DNA from: Acidobacteriota bacterium
GTDB lineage: Bacteria; Acidobacteriota; Vicinamibacteria; Vicinamibacterales; Vicinamibacteraceae
Assembly (NCBI GenBank): GCA_023427865.1
Contig: JAEYZV010000208.1
Location: forward strand, 1 to 32,192
DNA length: 32,192 nt
Reading direction: 5' to 3'
Position 1 is the first letter of the stretch. The number at the start of each line of letters is the position of its first letter. The position numbers and the translations under genes were made by a program. The notes beneath the pieces are model-generated. The model saw only the letters and a list, made by a program, of their open reading frames with translations, did no database searches and was not told where the DNA came from. Positions 8,647 to 17,300 of the stretch are shown one piece after another.

Positions 8647-10112
8647 CGATCCTCTCCGACCACCTTCCACCGCGGCAGCGACCCGAGCACGTCGGACTCC
8701 GCGTCGTCGGGCACCTGCACGCGCTTGCCTACCGCACGGCTCGTGCGCTGCCAGTACAGGTGAACGGCCGGCGGATCGTCCAGGAGCACGTGATGCAGGT
8801 CGGCCACCGCTGCGACGAGATCGTCGTCGCCGGTCGCGACGCGAATGCGCTCGGCGGCGACCGCGGCCGAGCGGTACCCGAGGTCGATCATGCGCGGACG
8901 ATCGTGCGCGCCGAAGTACAGGTACGGCACGCCAAGGCCGTACCCGCTGACGATCGGCGACAGGAAGGTTTCGAAGTCGCCCCTCGCCAGGCGCGCCGGG
9001 AGGTCCCGGAGTTGCACGGGCGCCAACTCGAGGGCGATGCCAGCGTCCGCGTAGGATCGCTGCAATCGTCGAGCCACACGAATCATCGTCGGGTCGTCGA
9101 GCACGAGGCAGGTGACGCGGAACCGCGGGCGCATGGCTCCGTTGGGCGTGCGATGCACCGGCAGCCCTTCGGCGTCGAGCAGCGCGCCGGCGCGGCCACG
9201 ATCGACGCGAAGCCACTCGGCGTCGGCCGTGTGCGGCTGTGACCAGTGCTGCGGCCAGATGACGTCGGCAGCCGGCTCACCACCGCCAGCTTCCTGCACG
9301 AGGGCGGCACGGTCGACGAGCGCATTCATGGCGAGGCGTACGCGTCGCCGCGCGAGGATCGGATGCCGATGGTTCAGCCCGAGCGTGACCACGTAGGGTT
9401 TCACGTGAGGGTAGATCCGAGCTCCGGCCGCCGCGAGCAACTCTCGTGACTCGTTGGGCACCTCGTAGAGCACGTCCACCTCCTCGCGAAGGAGCGCGGC
9501 GACGGCAGCACGAGGGGTGTCGTAGCGTCGCAGCGCCACCGTCCGGATGTCGGGCGCAGGTGCCGCAGGCGCGTCGGTTCCTGCCGCTTCGAGGGACCGC
9601 ACGTCCGCGCCCGGATTCGGCGCCCGATACGGACCGGCAGGGAGCGCGCCGACGATCGAGAGGCTCTCGAGCAACAGGCTGGTGGACTCGCGCAGCGTGA
9701 GTCGCACCTCATGGGGCCCGGCGAGTTCCACCGCGGTCACCGGCCACAACCCGGGGCCGCTCTCGGCCGCCGCGACGGCCTCGCGCAGCACCGATACGAC
9801 GTCGGCCGCCGTCACCTCGCCGCCGTCCTGTAGACGCACGCCCTCGCGCACGTGGAGGATCCACGTCCGGCCATCCGGCGAGACGTCCCAGCGATCGACG
9901 AGGTCGGGCCGCGGGTGGCCGGCCTGGTCCATGCGGAGCAGGCGCGTGCGGGTCAGGCTGTAAACGAGGGGCGTCAGCGGCGCATCGGCACTCGGGATGC
10001 CGATGGCGATACGGGAGCCGCGAGTCGAGACCGGCGCCGGCTCGGGAGCCCGACGGCAGGCGGCCGGATACGCGAGCAGCGCGCCGGCGAGGCAGACGCC
10101 CACCCAGCGCAC
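8643..10112 (-). CDS. family 5 (OppA/DppA-like) extracellular solute-binding protein, possible lipoprotein; start uncertain (10112-10223)
   Basis: PDLVDRWDVSPDGRTWILHVREGVRLQDG...VTAADV is the SBP-5 N-terminal signature; LGLN..HP.L...RVRLAM; hydrophobic signal ending AAC. Confidence 0.8.
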   Translation of the reverse strand: MRWVGVCLAGALLAYPAACRRAPEPAPVSTRGSRIAIGIPSADAPLTPLVYSLTRTRLLRMDQAGHPRPDLVDRWDVSPDGRTWILHVREGVRLQDGGEVTAADVVSVLREAVAAAESGPGLWPVTAVELAGPHEVRLTLRESTSLLLESLSIVGALPAGPYRAPNPGADVRSLEAAGTDAPAAPAPDIRTVALRRYDTPRAAVAALLREEVDVLYEVPNESRELLAAAGARIYPHVKPYVVTLGLNHRHPILARRRVRLAMNALVDRAALVQEAGGGEPAADVIWPQHWSQPHTADAEWLRVDRGRAGALLDAEGLPVHRTPNGAMRPRFRVTCLVLDDPTMIRVARRLQRSYADAGIALELAPVQLRDLPARLARGDFETFLSPIVSGYGLGVPYLYFGAHDRPRMIDLGYRSAAVAAERIRVATGDDDLVAAVADLHHVLLDDPPAVHLYWQRTSRAVGKRVQVPDDAESDVLGSLPRWKVVGEDR

Positions 10113-10268
10113 CGCGGGGTACGACGCCAGTCGCTTGGCGGGAGGGCAGGCAGCGGGGACGGTCACGCAGCGTTCGGCGGGCGCGCCTGGTGCACGCATG
10201 CCCGCCGAGGCTGCTTGTATCACGAGTCGCGGACCGGCGCGGGAGCCGGGCGCGACATTCGCGGTGAC

Positions 10269-10376
10269 CTACTTGCCTTCCGGCCGGACCTCCGGCTGCT
10301 CGTACGGGTAGTCGATGAGCAGCGGGCAGAAGGGGCGGTCCTTGGATGCGCCCCGCTTCACGATGCGAATGGTCAT
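10269..10376 (-). CDS. putative RiPP precursor peptide, 35 aa: MTIRIVKRGASKDRPFCPLLIDYPYEQPEVRPEGK
   Basis: Not in the ORF track. AAGGAGA RBS 4 nt before the ATG, GC3-rich codons, 46 nt downstream of the rSAM/SPASM stop and on the same strand. Confidence 0.8.
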   Translation of the reverse strand: MTIRIVKRGASKDRPFCPLLIDYPYEQPEVRPEGK

Positions 10377-10422
10377 GGGATCTCCTTGACGATTGCGGGC
10401 CGCGGCGACATGCCGCGACGCG

Positions 10423-11865
10423 TCATGCGGGGACACCTGCTGCCGCCGCCGCGATCTCGTCGAGCGCGGCGAGCATGCTCGGGCGATGACAGCTCGGCTT
10501 GCCGAGGTCGCCCTGCTCGTTGTGTGCGGCGGCCGAGCACCCTCCGCCGCAGACCGGCACGAGCGCGCAATCGCCGCACGCCCGCCAGGGCGCGTGCGCG
10601 TCGAACCGGGCCCGCGTCGCCTCGTGCGTCGCGTTCATCGCGGGCAGCACGTGCCCGATCCGGAGAGCCGGTTCTCCCGTGAACCCCGGGCAGGGATACA
10701 GCGAGCCCTCGGGCCCGATGGTGTACGAGTGCCTGCGGTGCAGCTCGCAGGGACCCATGTGCAGTCCGTCCACCGTGTCGAACCCGCGTGCCCGGGTCTC
10801 CGCCCGGAGCCACGACATGCGCTCGTCGACGACCTGGCAGGTGTCACACGGCGACGATCCCCCGCCGTTGCCGGCGGCCGTCATGCACGTCCCCCCGAGC
10901 GGTACGTCCGCCTCACCCACGTGCGTCAGTGGGATCAGCCGACGGCCGTCCGGGGCCACCTGCAGCGGCGACCGACCGGGCGATCCTGTATTCGGCCCGC
11001 TAATGATGGGCTTGAACGCGACCTTCGCGATCCGGCCCGCAAATGGCTGCTGCCGCAGGAAATCGAGCAATTCGGGGAAGCTGGCGGCGCTCTCGATGTC
11101 GAAGTTGCCGCCGATGCTGAGGCGCACCTTCGGCGCCACCTTCGTCATGTTCGCGACGATGCGGTCGAAGGTGCCCTGGCCGCCGCGCAGCGGACGGAGC
11201 CGGTCGTGGGTGGCGCGATCGCCGTCGAGGGTGATCTTCACGCCGGCCAGTCCGTACGGCAGGAGGCGGTCGACGACGGCTTCCGTGAGGAGCAGGCCGT
11301 TGGTGATGATGTTGATGCGCATCTCGACGCCACGGCGCGTGCACGCCTCCCACATCCGCTCGGCCAGCGCATAGACGACCGGCAGGTTCAGGAGCGGCTC
11401 GCCGCCGAAGAACGTGAGCGTGAACCGGGGGGAGCCGAGGGCGTCCAGGCGCGATTGCATCCAGTCGGCAACGCGCGCTGCCGTCTCGAGCGACATCTTC
11501 GCGGCCGTGGCGTTGTAGCCCGCGTGGTCGCCCTGGATGCAGTAGTCGCAGGCGAAGTTGCACTGCAGGGTCGTGAGCAGCGTCACCCGCAGCTGGCTTG
11601 CGTCCTCACGCAGGTCACGGAAGAACGCCTCGAGATCCCGATCCTCGGCCTCGCGGCTCTCCACGAGGAAGCCGAGCTCGGCGAGTTGGCCGATGGCCGC
11701 CCGCGCCGTCGCATCAGCCTTTGTGACCTCGCCCCTGTCGACCTGGCCGATCAGTTCGACGACATCGCTCGAGACGACGATCTGGGCGTCGGTCAGCGAG
11801 TTGAACAGGAAGGTCTCGGACGTCCCCGGGACCGGGGTAGCGACGATGAACCTCGATGCGCGCAT
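10423..11865 (-). CDS. radical SAM/SPASM peptide maturase with N-terminal RRE/PqqD-like domain
   Basis: CNFACDYC (CX3CX2C), FFGGEPLLN, ITNG, ITLDG; SPASM CX13GX4C...CX2CX5CX3CX15C; N-terminal FLFNSLT...LAELGFLV. Confidence 0.92.
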   Translation of the reverse strand: MRASRFIVATPVPGTSETFLFNSLTDAQIVVSSDVVELIGQVDRGEVTKADATARAAIGQLAELGFLVESREAEDRDLEAFFRDLREDASQLRVTLLTTLQCNFACDYCIQGDHAGYNATAAKMSLETAARVADWMQSRLDALGSPRFTLTFFGGEPLLNLPVVYALAERMWEACTRRGVEMRINIITNGLLLTEAVVDRLLPYGLAGVKITLDGDRATHDRLRPLRGGQGTFDRIVANMTKVAPKVRLSIGGNFDIESAASFPELLDFLRQQPFAGRIAKVAFKPIISGPNTGSPGRSPLQVAPDGRRLIPLTHVGEADVPLGGTCMTAAGNGGGSSPCDTCQVVDERMSWLRAETRARGFDTVDGLHMGPCELHRRHSYTIGPEGSLYPCPGFTGEPALRIGHVLPAMNATHEATRARFDAHAPWRACGDCALVPVCGGGCSAAAHNEQGDLGKPSCHRPSMLAALDEIAAAAAGVPA

Positions 11866-11879
11866 GGCGGCCGCGGTAG

Positions 11880-11895
11880 TGCCAGACGGGTGCCA
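11880..11895 (-). promoter_or_regulatory. putative sigma54 (-24/-12) promoter of the rSAM operon
   Basis: Minus strand TGGCAC-CCGTC-TGGCA, one mismatch to TGGCAC-N5-TTGCW, 14 nt before the rSAM ATG and next to a GAFTGA activator gene. Confidence 0.7.
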
Positions 11896-11984
11896 TCCGG
11901 GACGCGATGGCGCGCGAAATCGGTAAGCGTCTCGTTATGAGGAAGTTACGGTAAGGCCAGCGAGAGCACGGAGCCCGCAGAACA

Positions 11985-12032
11985 TCGCAGGAACTGCGCT
12001 TCCATCGGGACTTGTGTGTCGCAGAATCTGCC
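11985..12032. promoter_or_regulatory. candidate upstream activator sites (twin GCAG-N3-CTGC palindromes)
   Basis: CGCAG-GAA-CTGCG (11986-11998) and GCAG-AAT-CTGC (12021-12031); centres 34 bp apart, about 100-130 bp upstream of the -24 box. Confidence 0.45.
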
Positions 12033-12057
12033 CACATGACGGCAGCGCGACACAAGA

Positions 12058-12100
12058 GAAGGACGAAGGAGGAAGGACGGAGGAGGAAGGACGGAGGAGG
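12058..12100. repeat. purine-rich heptamer repeat (GAAGGAC/GGAGGAG, 6 units)
   Basis: Directly visible just downstream of the response regulator stop. Confidence 0.8.
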
Positions 12101-12107
12101 CCCGCCA

Positions 12108-13496
12108 TCACGAATCGCGCAACCGTCGCGTGACCTCGTTCAGGCCCAGGCGGGCCATACGGTGCTTCAGGGTGCTGAGGGGGAGGCGCAGCTGGCGGGC
12201 CGTCCCGGCGACGTTCCAGTCCTCCTTCTCCAGTGCCTTGAGCAGGTAGCTGCGCTCGAAGGCGGCCACGGCCTGATCGAGGAGGCTGTCGGCGGGGTCG
12301 GCCTCGCGCGCGTCGAGTGCGGCGAGCTGCACTTCGAGCGGCAGGTCGGCCTCGGTGATCTCCGTCTTGTCGCAGACGGCGACCATGCGCTCGGCGAGGT
12401 TCTGCAGTTCGCGGATGTTGCCGGGCCACTTGTACCGGTGGAGCACCGTCAGGGCCGCCGGCTCGATGCCGCGGACGGCCTTGCGGAAGCGGAGCGCGTA
12501 GCGGCCGATGAACACCTCGAGGAGCTGCGCGAGGTCCTCCATGCGGTCGCGAAGCGGCGGCAGCCGCACCGGGATGACGTTGATCCGGTAGAACAGGTCC
12601 TCGCGGAACCGGCCACTCCGCACCGCCTGCGTGAGGTCGGCGTTGGTGGCGACCACGAGACGGAAGTCGACGCGGATCGGGTGGCGCCCGCCGACCCGCT
12701 CGATCTCGTTCTCCTGGATGGCCCGCAGCAGCTTGGCCTGCAGGTCGAGCCGCAGGTCGCCGATCTCGTCGAGGAACAGCGTGCCGGCGTTGGCGAGCTC
12801 GAACTTGCCGAGCTGCTGGCGCACGGCACCCGTGAACGCACCGCGCTCGTGCCCGAACAGCGTGCTCTCCACGAGATCGCCGGGGATCGCGGCGAGGTTG
12901 ACGGCGATGAACGGGCCCTTGCGCCGATCGGACTCGGCATGGATGCGGCGGGCCAGCATCTCCTTGCCGGTGCCGCTCTCGCCGGTGATCAGCACCGTCG
13001 TGTCCAGGGGCGCCACCTTCTGGACGAGGGCGACCACGGCCCGCATCGGCGCGCTCGTGCCAGTGACGAACTCCTCGTCCTGCGCCTCGACCTGCGCCGT
13101 CAGCGACTCGACACGGTTCTTGAGGTCCTGCCGCTCGCTTGCGTTGCGCACGAGGGCACGCAGCGCGTCGTAGTCGAACTCCTTGGTGATGTAGTGGTAG
13201 GCGCCGAGCTTCATCGCCTGCACTGCGGTCTCGACGTCGGTGATCGCCGAGATCATGATCACCTCGATTTCCCCCCGCAGCTCACGTACCTGCTTGAGCA
13301 TCTCGAGCCCGCCGATGCCGGGCAGCCGCACGTCGAGCAGCATCAGGTCCACGCGCGCCTGCCGCAGGCGCGACAGCCCGTCCTCGGCCGAGGAGGCGGT
13401 CATCACCCTGTAGTCGCGCTTCAGGATGGCCGTCAGCGTGTCGCGCATCCCCTCATCGTCGTCGACGATGAGGATGGTCTTCTGGGGGGAGGGCAT
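12108..13496 (-). CDS. sigma54-dependent response regulator (NtrC family: REC, AAA+, HTH)
   Basis: ILIVDDD...LLD receiver; GESGTGKE, GAFTGA, LFLDEIG, REDLFYRI, WPGNIRELQN; Fis-type HTH. Alternative start at 13511. Confidence 0.95.
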   Translation of the reverse strand: MPSPQKTILIVDDDEGMRDTLTAILKRDYRVMTASSAEDGLSRLRQARVDLMLLDVRLPGIGGLEMLKQVRELRGEIEVIMISAITDVETAVQAMKLGAYHYITKEFDYDALRALVRNASERQDLKNRVESLTAQVEAQDEEFVTGTSAPMRAVVALVQKVAPLDTTVLITGESGTGKEMLARRIHAESDRRKGPFIAVNLAAIPGDLVESTLFGHERGAFTGAVRQQLGKFELANAGTLFLDEIGDLRLDLQAKLLRAIQENEIERVGGRHPIRVDFRLVVATNADLTQAVRSGRFREDLFYRINVIPVRLPPLRDRMEDLAQLLEVFIGRYALRFRKAVRGIEPAALTVLHRYKWPGNIRELQNLAERMVAVCDKTEITEADLPLEVQLAALDAREADPADSLLDQAVAAFERSYLLKALEKEDWNVAGTARQLRLPLSTLKHRMARLGLNEVTRRLRDS

Positions 13497-13664
13497 CGGT
13501 GGCGCCTGCATCTTACCGAAGAGCCCGCGCCGGTCGCGTGACGATCCATAATTGGGAGTTTTCCCGGATCGGGGTCGGCGTTATCGACCACCGACCGTCG
13601 GAGCACGGATTTCCCGGGTGGACGTGCCGCCAAGGCACGCGCCCTCACTGGCAAGGAGCAGGGG

Positions 13665-15092
13665 TTGGCGAGCGCATTCGATGTCGTGGTGATCGGCGCG
13701 GGCACCGGCGGGTACGTGGCAGCCATTCGGGCCGCCCAACTCGGGCTGAAGACGGCCGTCGTGGAGCGAGAGAGCGTGCTCGGCGGCACCTGTCTGAACT
13801 GGGGCTGCATCCCGACCAAGGCCCTGCTGGAGCACGCGCACGCGTTCAAGGTGGCCCGCGCGGCCAGGGAGTGGGGCATCACGCTCGGCGAGGCGGCGGT
13901 CGGCCTCGACATGAACGTGGTGCAGGACCGCAAGGACAAGATCGTCAAGGGACTCACCGGCGGCATCGGCCTGCTGTTCAAGAAGAACAAGATCGAGTGG
14001 ATCAAGGGCACCGCCCGCCTGCTCGGCAAGGGCGAACTGGAGGTCACCGATGCCTCCGGCACCGCGACGAAGCTGAGCGCCGGCAAGGAGATCATCGTCG
14101 CCACCGGATCCTCGCCGCGCAGCGTCCCGGGCATCGCGTTCGATTACAAGCGGATCATCACGAGCACCGAGGCGATGAACCTGCGTGAGGTTCCGAAATC
14201 GATCATCGTGATGGGCAGTGGCGCCGTCGGAGTCGAGTTCGCGTCGATCTTCAACAGCTTCGGTACGGCCGACGTCACCGTCATCGAACTGCTGCCACGC
14301 ATCGTGCCCAACGAGGACGCCGCGGTGTCGGATGCCCTCGGAAAGAGCTTCCGGAAGAAGAAGATCCGCGTGCTGACGGGCACGAAGGTCACACAGGCCG
14401 TCAACAAGGGCGACTCGGTGGAGGTGACGGCGGAACTCCCGGACGGCAAGACCGAGACGCTGTCGGCCGAGTACCTGCTCGTGGCGACCGGGCGTGGGCC
14501 GGTCACCGACGGACTTGGCGCCGAGGACGTCGGGCTCGTCATGGAGCGCGGGTACATCAAGGTGGACGAGTTGATGCGCACGAGCGTGCCTGGCATCTCC
14601 GCGGTGGGCGACGTCGTCACGCTCGGCACGGGCGCGCACAAGCAGTTGGCGCACCTGTCTTCGGCCGAGGGCATCCTCGCCGCCGAGCGCATCGCCGGGC
14701 ACCAGGTGCGGCCGATCACGTACGACCACGTGCCGGCCTGCACGTACTGCGACCCGGAGATCGGCAGCGTCGGACTCACCGAGGAGCAGGCAAAGGAGCG
14801 CGGCTACGACGTGCGGGTCGGCTCGTTCCCCTTCGGGGTCCTCGGGCGCGCCAAGATCGCCAACGAGACCGAGGGTTTCGTGAAGATCGTCGCCGAGAAG
14901 AAGTACGACGAGATCCTCGGGGTCCACATGATCGGCCTGCGCTCGACCGAGCTCGTCGCCCAGGCGACGCTCGCCCTCCGTCTCGAGTGCACGGTCGAGG
15001 AGCTGATCCGCACGATCCAGGCACACCCCACGATGTCGGAGGCCGTGGGCGAGGCGGCGCACGCGACGCACGGGGCGCCGATTCACATGTAG
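13665..15092 (+). CDS. lpdA: dihydrolipoyl dehydrogenase (E3)
   Basis: GAGTGG, GGTCLNWGCIPTK redox disulfide, HPTMSE; TTG start with AAGGAG RBS. Confidence 0.96.
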   Translation: MASAFDVVVIGAGTGGYVAAIRAAQLGLKTAVVERESVLGGTCLNWGCIPTKALLEHAHAFKVARAAREWGITLGEAAVGLDMNVVQDRKDKIVKGLTGGIGLLFKKNKIEWIKGTARLLGKGELEVTDASGTATKLSAGKEIIVATGSSPRSVPGIAFDYKRIITSTEAMNLREVPKSIIVMGSGAVGVEFASIFNSFGTADVTVIELLPRIVPNEDAAVSDALGKSFRKKKIRVLTGTKVTQAVNKGDSVEVTAELPDGKTETLSAEYLLVATGRGPVTDGLGAEDVGLVMERGYIKVDELMRTSVPGISAVGDVVTLGTGAHKQLAHLSSAEGILAAERIAGHQVRPITYDHVPACTYCDPEIGSVGLTEEQAKERGYDVRVGSFPFGVLGRAKIANETEGFVKIVAEKKYDEILGVHMIGLRSTELVAQATLALRLECTVEELIRTIQAHPTMSEAVGEAAHATHGAPIHM

Positions 15093-15096
15093 CCGG

Positions 15097-15154
15097 CAGC
15101 CTGCCCTGCGGCCTGCCCGACTCGGGTAGGCTGTAGGCCGCAGGCCGCAGGCTG
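15097..15154 (+). repeat. intergenic hairpin built from inverted heptamers (CCTGCGG / YAGGCYG)
   Basis: CCTGCGGCCTGCCCG-ACT-CGGGTAGGCTGTAGG pairs using G-U; four YAGGCYG units. Confidence 0.6.
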
Positions 15155-15161
15155 AGGTGCT

Positions 15162-16505
15162 ATGCCGACAAACGTGGTGATGCCCCAGATGGGCGAATCG
15201 GTCGCCGAGGGCACCGTCGTCCGTTGGATCAAGAAGGTCGGCGACAGTGTCGACCGTGACGAGCCGTTGTTCGAGATCTCCACCGACAAGGTGGACGCGG
15301 AGATCCCGGCGCCGGCGGCCGGCGTCGTGCTCGAGATCCGCGTACACGAGGGCGACACCGTGCCCATCGACACGGTCGTGGCCGTGCTTGGCGCACCGGG
15401 TGACGGGCCGGGCGCGGCGGCCCCCAGCGGTGGCCCTGAGGCGGCCGTGGCGGCAACGCCCCAACCCGACGGGACCGCTTTCGGCCCGGAGACGTCGGCA
15501 CAGGCTCCCGACACGCGCGGCGTCGATGTGGCGGGCCAGCCGGCCCGGCGTGACGTGCCGGCTCGCGCTGGCGACGGCGTCAGCCCGTCGGGGGAACTGT
15601 CGGCAGACGAGGCGACCGACGCACGGCGCCGGCAGAAGTCGTCGCCGCTCGTGCGCCGCATTGCGGCCGAGCACCACGTGGACATCGCGGAGCTGCAGGG
15701 GTCGGGCATCAGCGGCCGCGTCACCAAGCGCGACATCCTCGAGTACATCGACGATCGCGGGCGCATGGCGCCGGCCTCCGGACGGGGACACGCGGGCGGG
15801 CTGCACATCCCGGCGTATCAGCCGGGGGAGCCGGTGGACGTGCAGCCGATGTCGGTGATGCGCCGGAAGATCGCCGAGCACATGATCTACAGCCGGCAGA
15901 CGTCGGCGCACGTGCACTCGGTGTTCGAGGTGGACTTCACCCGCGTGGCCGCCGCGCGCGAGGCTGCGAAGGCCGAATTCGAGCGCGCTGGCGTCAAGCT
16001 CACGTACCTGGCGTTCATCTCGGAAGCGATCGCCGACGCGTTGCGCGAGGTGCCGTTGCTCAACGCCGCAATCGACGGGGACAAGGTCGTCTACAAGAAG
16101 GACGTCAACCTCGGCTTCGCCGTGGCGCTCGACTGGGGGCTCGTGGTGCCGGTCGTGCACAAGGCCGACGAGAAGAGCCTGCTCGGCATGGCCAGGGCGA
16201 TTGCCGACGTCGCGGCCCGGGCGCGCGCCAAACAGCTCAAGCCCGAGGACGTGCAGGGCGGCACGTTCACGATCACCAACCCGGGCTCGTTCGGCACGCT
16301 CTTCGGCATGCCCATCATCAACCAGCCGCAGGTCGCGATCCTCGCCGTCGGCACCATCGAGAAGCGGGTCGTCGTCGTGGACGACATGATCGCGATCCGG
16401 CAGCGTGGCTATCTCACGCTCGGGTACGACCACCGGCTCGTGGACGGCGCGGTGGCCGACGAGTTCATGAGCAAGGTCAAGGCCGCGCTCGAGCACTGGG
16501 CCTGA
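15162..16505 (+). CDS. sucB: 2-oxoacid dehydrogenase E2 (dihydrolipoamide acyl/succinyltransferase), single lipoyl domain
   Basis: MPQMGESVAEG, STDKVDAE lipoyl-Lys, SPLVRRIA E3-binding domain, DHRLVDG. Substrate specificity is uncertain. Confidence 0.85.
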   Translation: MPTNVVMPQMGESVAEGTVVRWIKKVGDSVDRDEPLFEISTDKVDAEIPAPAAGVVLEIRVHEGDTVPIDTVVAVLGAPGDGPGAAAPSGGPEAAVAATPQPDGTAFGPETSAQAPDTRGVDVAGQPARRDVPARAGDGVSPSGELSADEATDARRRQKSSPLVRRIAAEHHVDIAELQGSGISGRVTKRDILEYIDDRGRMAPASGRGHAGGLHIPAYQPGEPVDVQPMSVMRRKIAEHMIYSRQTSAHVHSVFEVDFTRVAAAREAAKAEFERAGVKLTYLAFISEAIADALREVPLLNAAIDGDKVVYKKDVNLGFAVALDWGLVVPVVHKADEKSLLGMARAIADVAARARAKQLKPEDVQGGTFTITNPGSFGTLFGMPIINQPQVAILAVGTIEKRVVVVDDMIAIRQRGYLTLGYDHRLVDGAVADEFMSKVKAALEHWA

Positions 16506-17158
16506 TGCCCCCGCTCCGGGTGCAGCGCGCCGGTCTCGTGCCCTACGAGACCGGCCTGGCGCTGCAGGCCGACCTCGTCGCCGCGCGCAAGGCCGGCGAG
16601 ATCCCCGACACGCTGGTCCTCCTGCAGCATCCGCCCGTCATCACCCTTGGCGTGAAGGTGCGGCAGTCTCGGACGCACGTGCTCGCCACAGATGCCGAGT
16701 TGCGGGCCCGGGGCGTCGCGCTGTTCGAGTCGGGCCGCGGCGGCGACGTGACCTACCACGGCCCCGGGCAACTCGTCGGGTACCCGATCCTCGACCTGAA
16801 GCCGGACCGCATGGACGCGCACCGGTACGTCCGCGACCTCGAAGACGTGCTCATCGGCGTGTGCGGCGCCTACGGACTGGCGGCGGGCCGGAAACCGGGA
16901 CTGACCGGCGTCTGGGTGGGCGACGAGAAGGTGGCCGCCATCGGCGTGCGGCTGTCGCGGTGGGTCACGAGCCACGGCTTCGCGCTCAACGTGACCACCG
17001 ATCTCGGTGACTTCGGCCTGATCGTGCCCTGCGGGATCGTGGACTACGGAGTGACGTCGCTCGCGCGCCTGCTTGGCGCCGCACCGCCCATGTCGGAGGT
17101 CGAGGACCACGTGATCTCGAACATGTGCCGCGTGTTCGGCCGCACACTCGAAGGATAG
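16505..17158 (+). CDS. lipB: lipoyl(octanoyl) transferase LipB
   Basis: QHPPVITLG, RGGDVTYHGPGQLVGYP, KVAAIG, HGFALN, IVPCG. Confidence 0.95.
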   Translation: MPPLRVQRAGLVPYETGLALQADLVAARKAGEIPDTLVLLQHPPVITLGVKVRQSRTHVLATDAELRARGVALFESGRGGDVTYHGPGQLVGYPILDLKPDRMDAHRYVRDLEDVLIGVCGAYGLAAGRKPGLTGVWVGDEKVAAIGVRLSRWVTSHGFALNVTTDLGDFGLIVPCGIVDYGVTSLARLLGAAPPMSEVEDHVISNMCRVFGRTLEG

Positions 17159-17300
17159 GGCCGGCTGTCCCAGCCGGGCCCGCCATGGGCTTGAACGGTA
17201 GGGCCGGCTGTCCCAGCCGGACCGGCGATGGGCTCGAACGGTAGGGCCGGCTGTCCCAGCCGGGCCGGCCATGGGCCACGCTCGGGGAGCGAACCCTACC
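17155..17300. repeat. GTAG-type REP cluster: three 43-bp tandem units plus one inverted REP
   Basis: TAGGGCCGGCTG-TCC-CAGCCGG at 17156, 17199 and 17242; inverted GTAGGGTTCGCTC-CCC-GAGCG ending at 17299. Confidence 0.85.

Noticed and set aside
10401..10417. Hairpin between the rSAM and peptide genes as a terminator
   Set aside because: Only a 6-bp GC stem with no U tract; likely chance at this GC content.
11915..11956. IHF site between the enhancer and the sigma54 promoter
   Set aside because: The stretch is AT-richer and well placed, but it does not match WATCAANNNNTTR convincingly.
13581..16496. 971-aa minus-strand ORF and other long overlapping ORFs (for example 12012-13541, 17228-18955, 25849-27714)
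   Set aside because: Antisense shadows of well-supported genes in high-GC DNA, with no recognisable motifs.
17155..17275. 43-bp periodic repeat as a CRISPR array
   Set aside because: The 'spacers' are near-identical and too short, there are no cas genes, and the units fit GTAG REPs.
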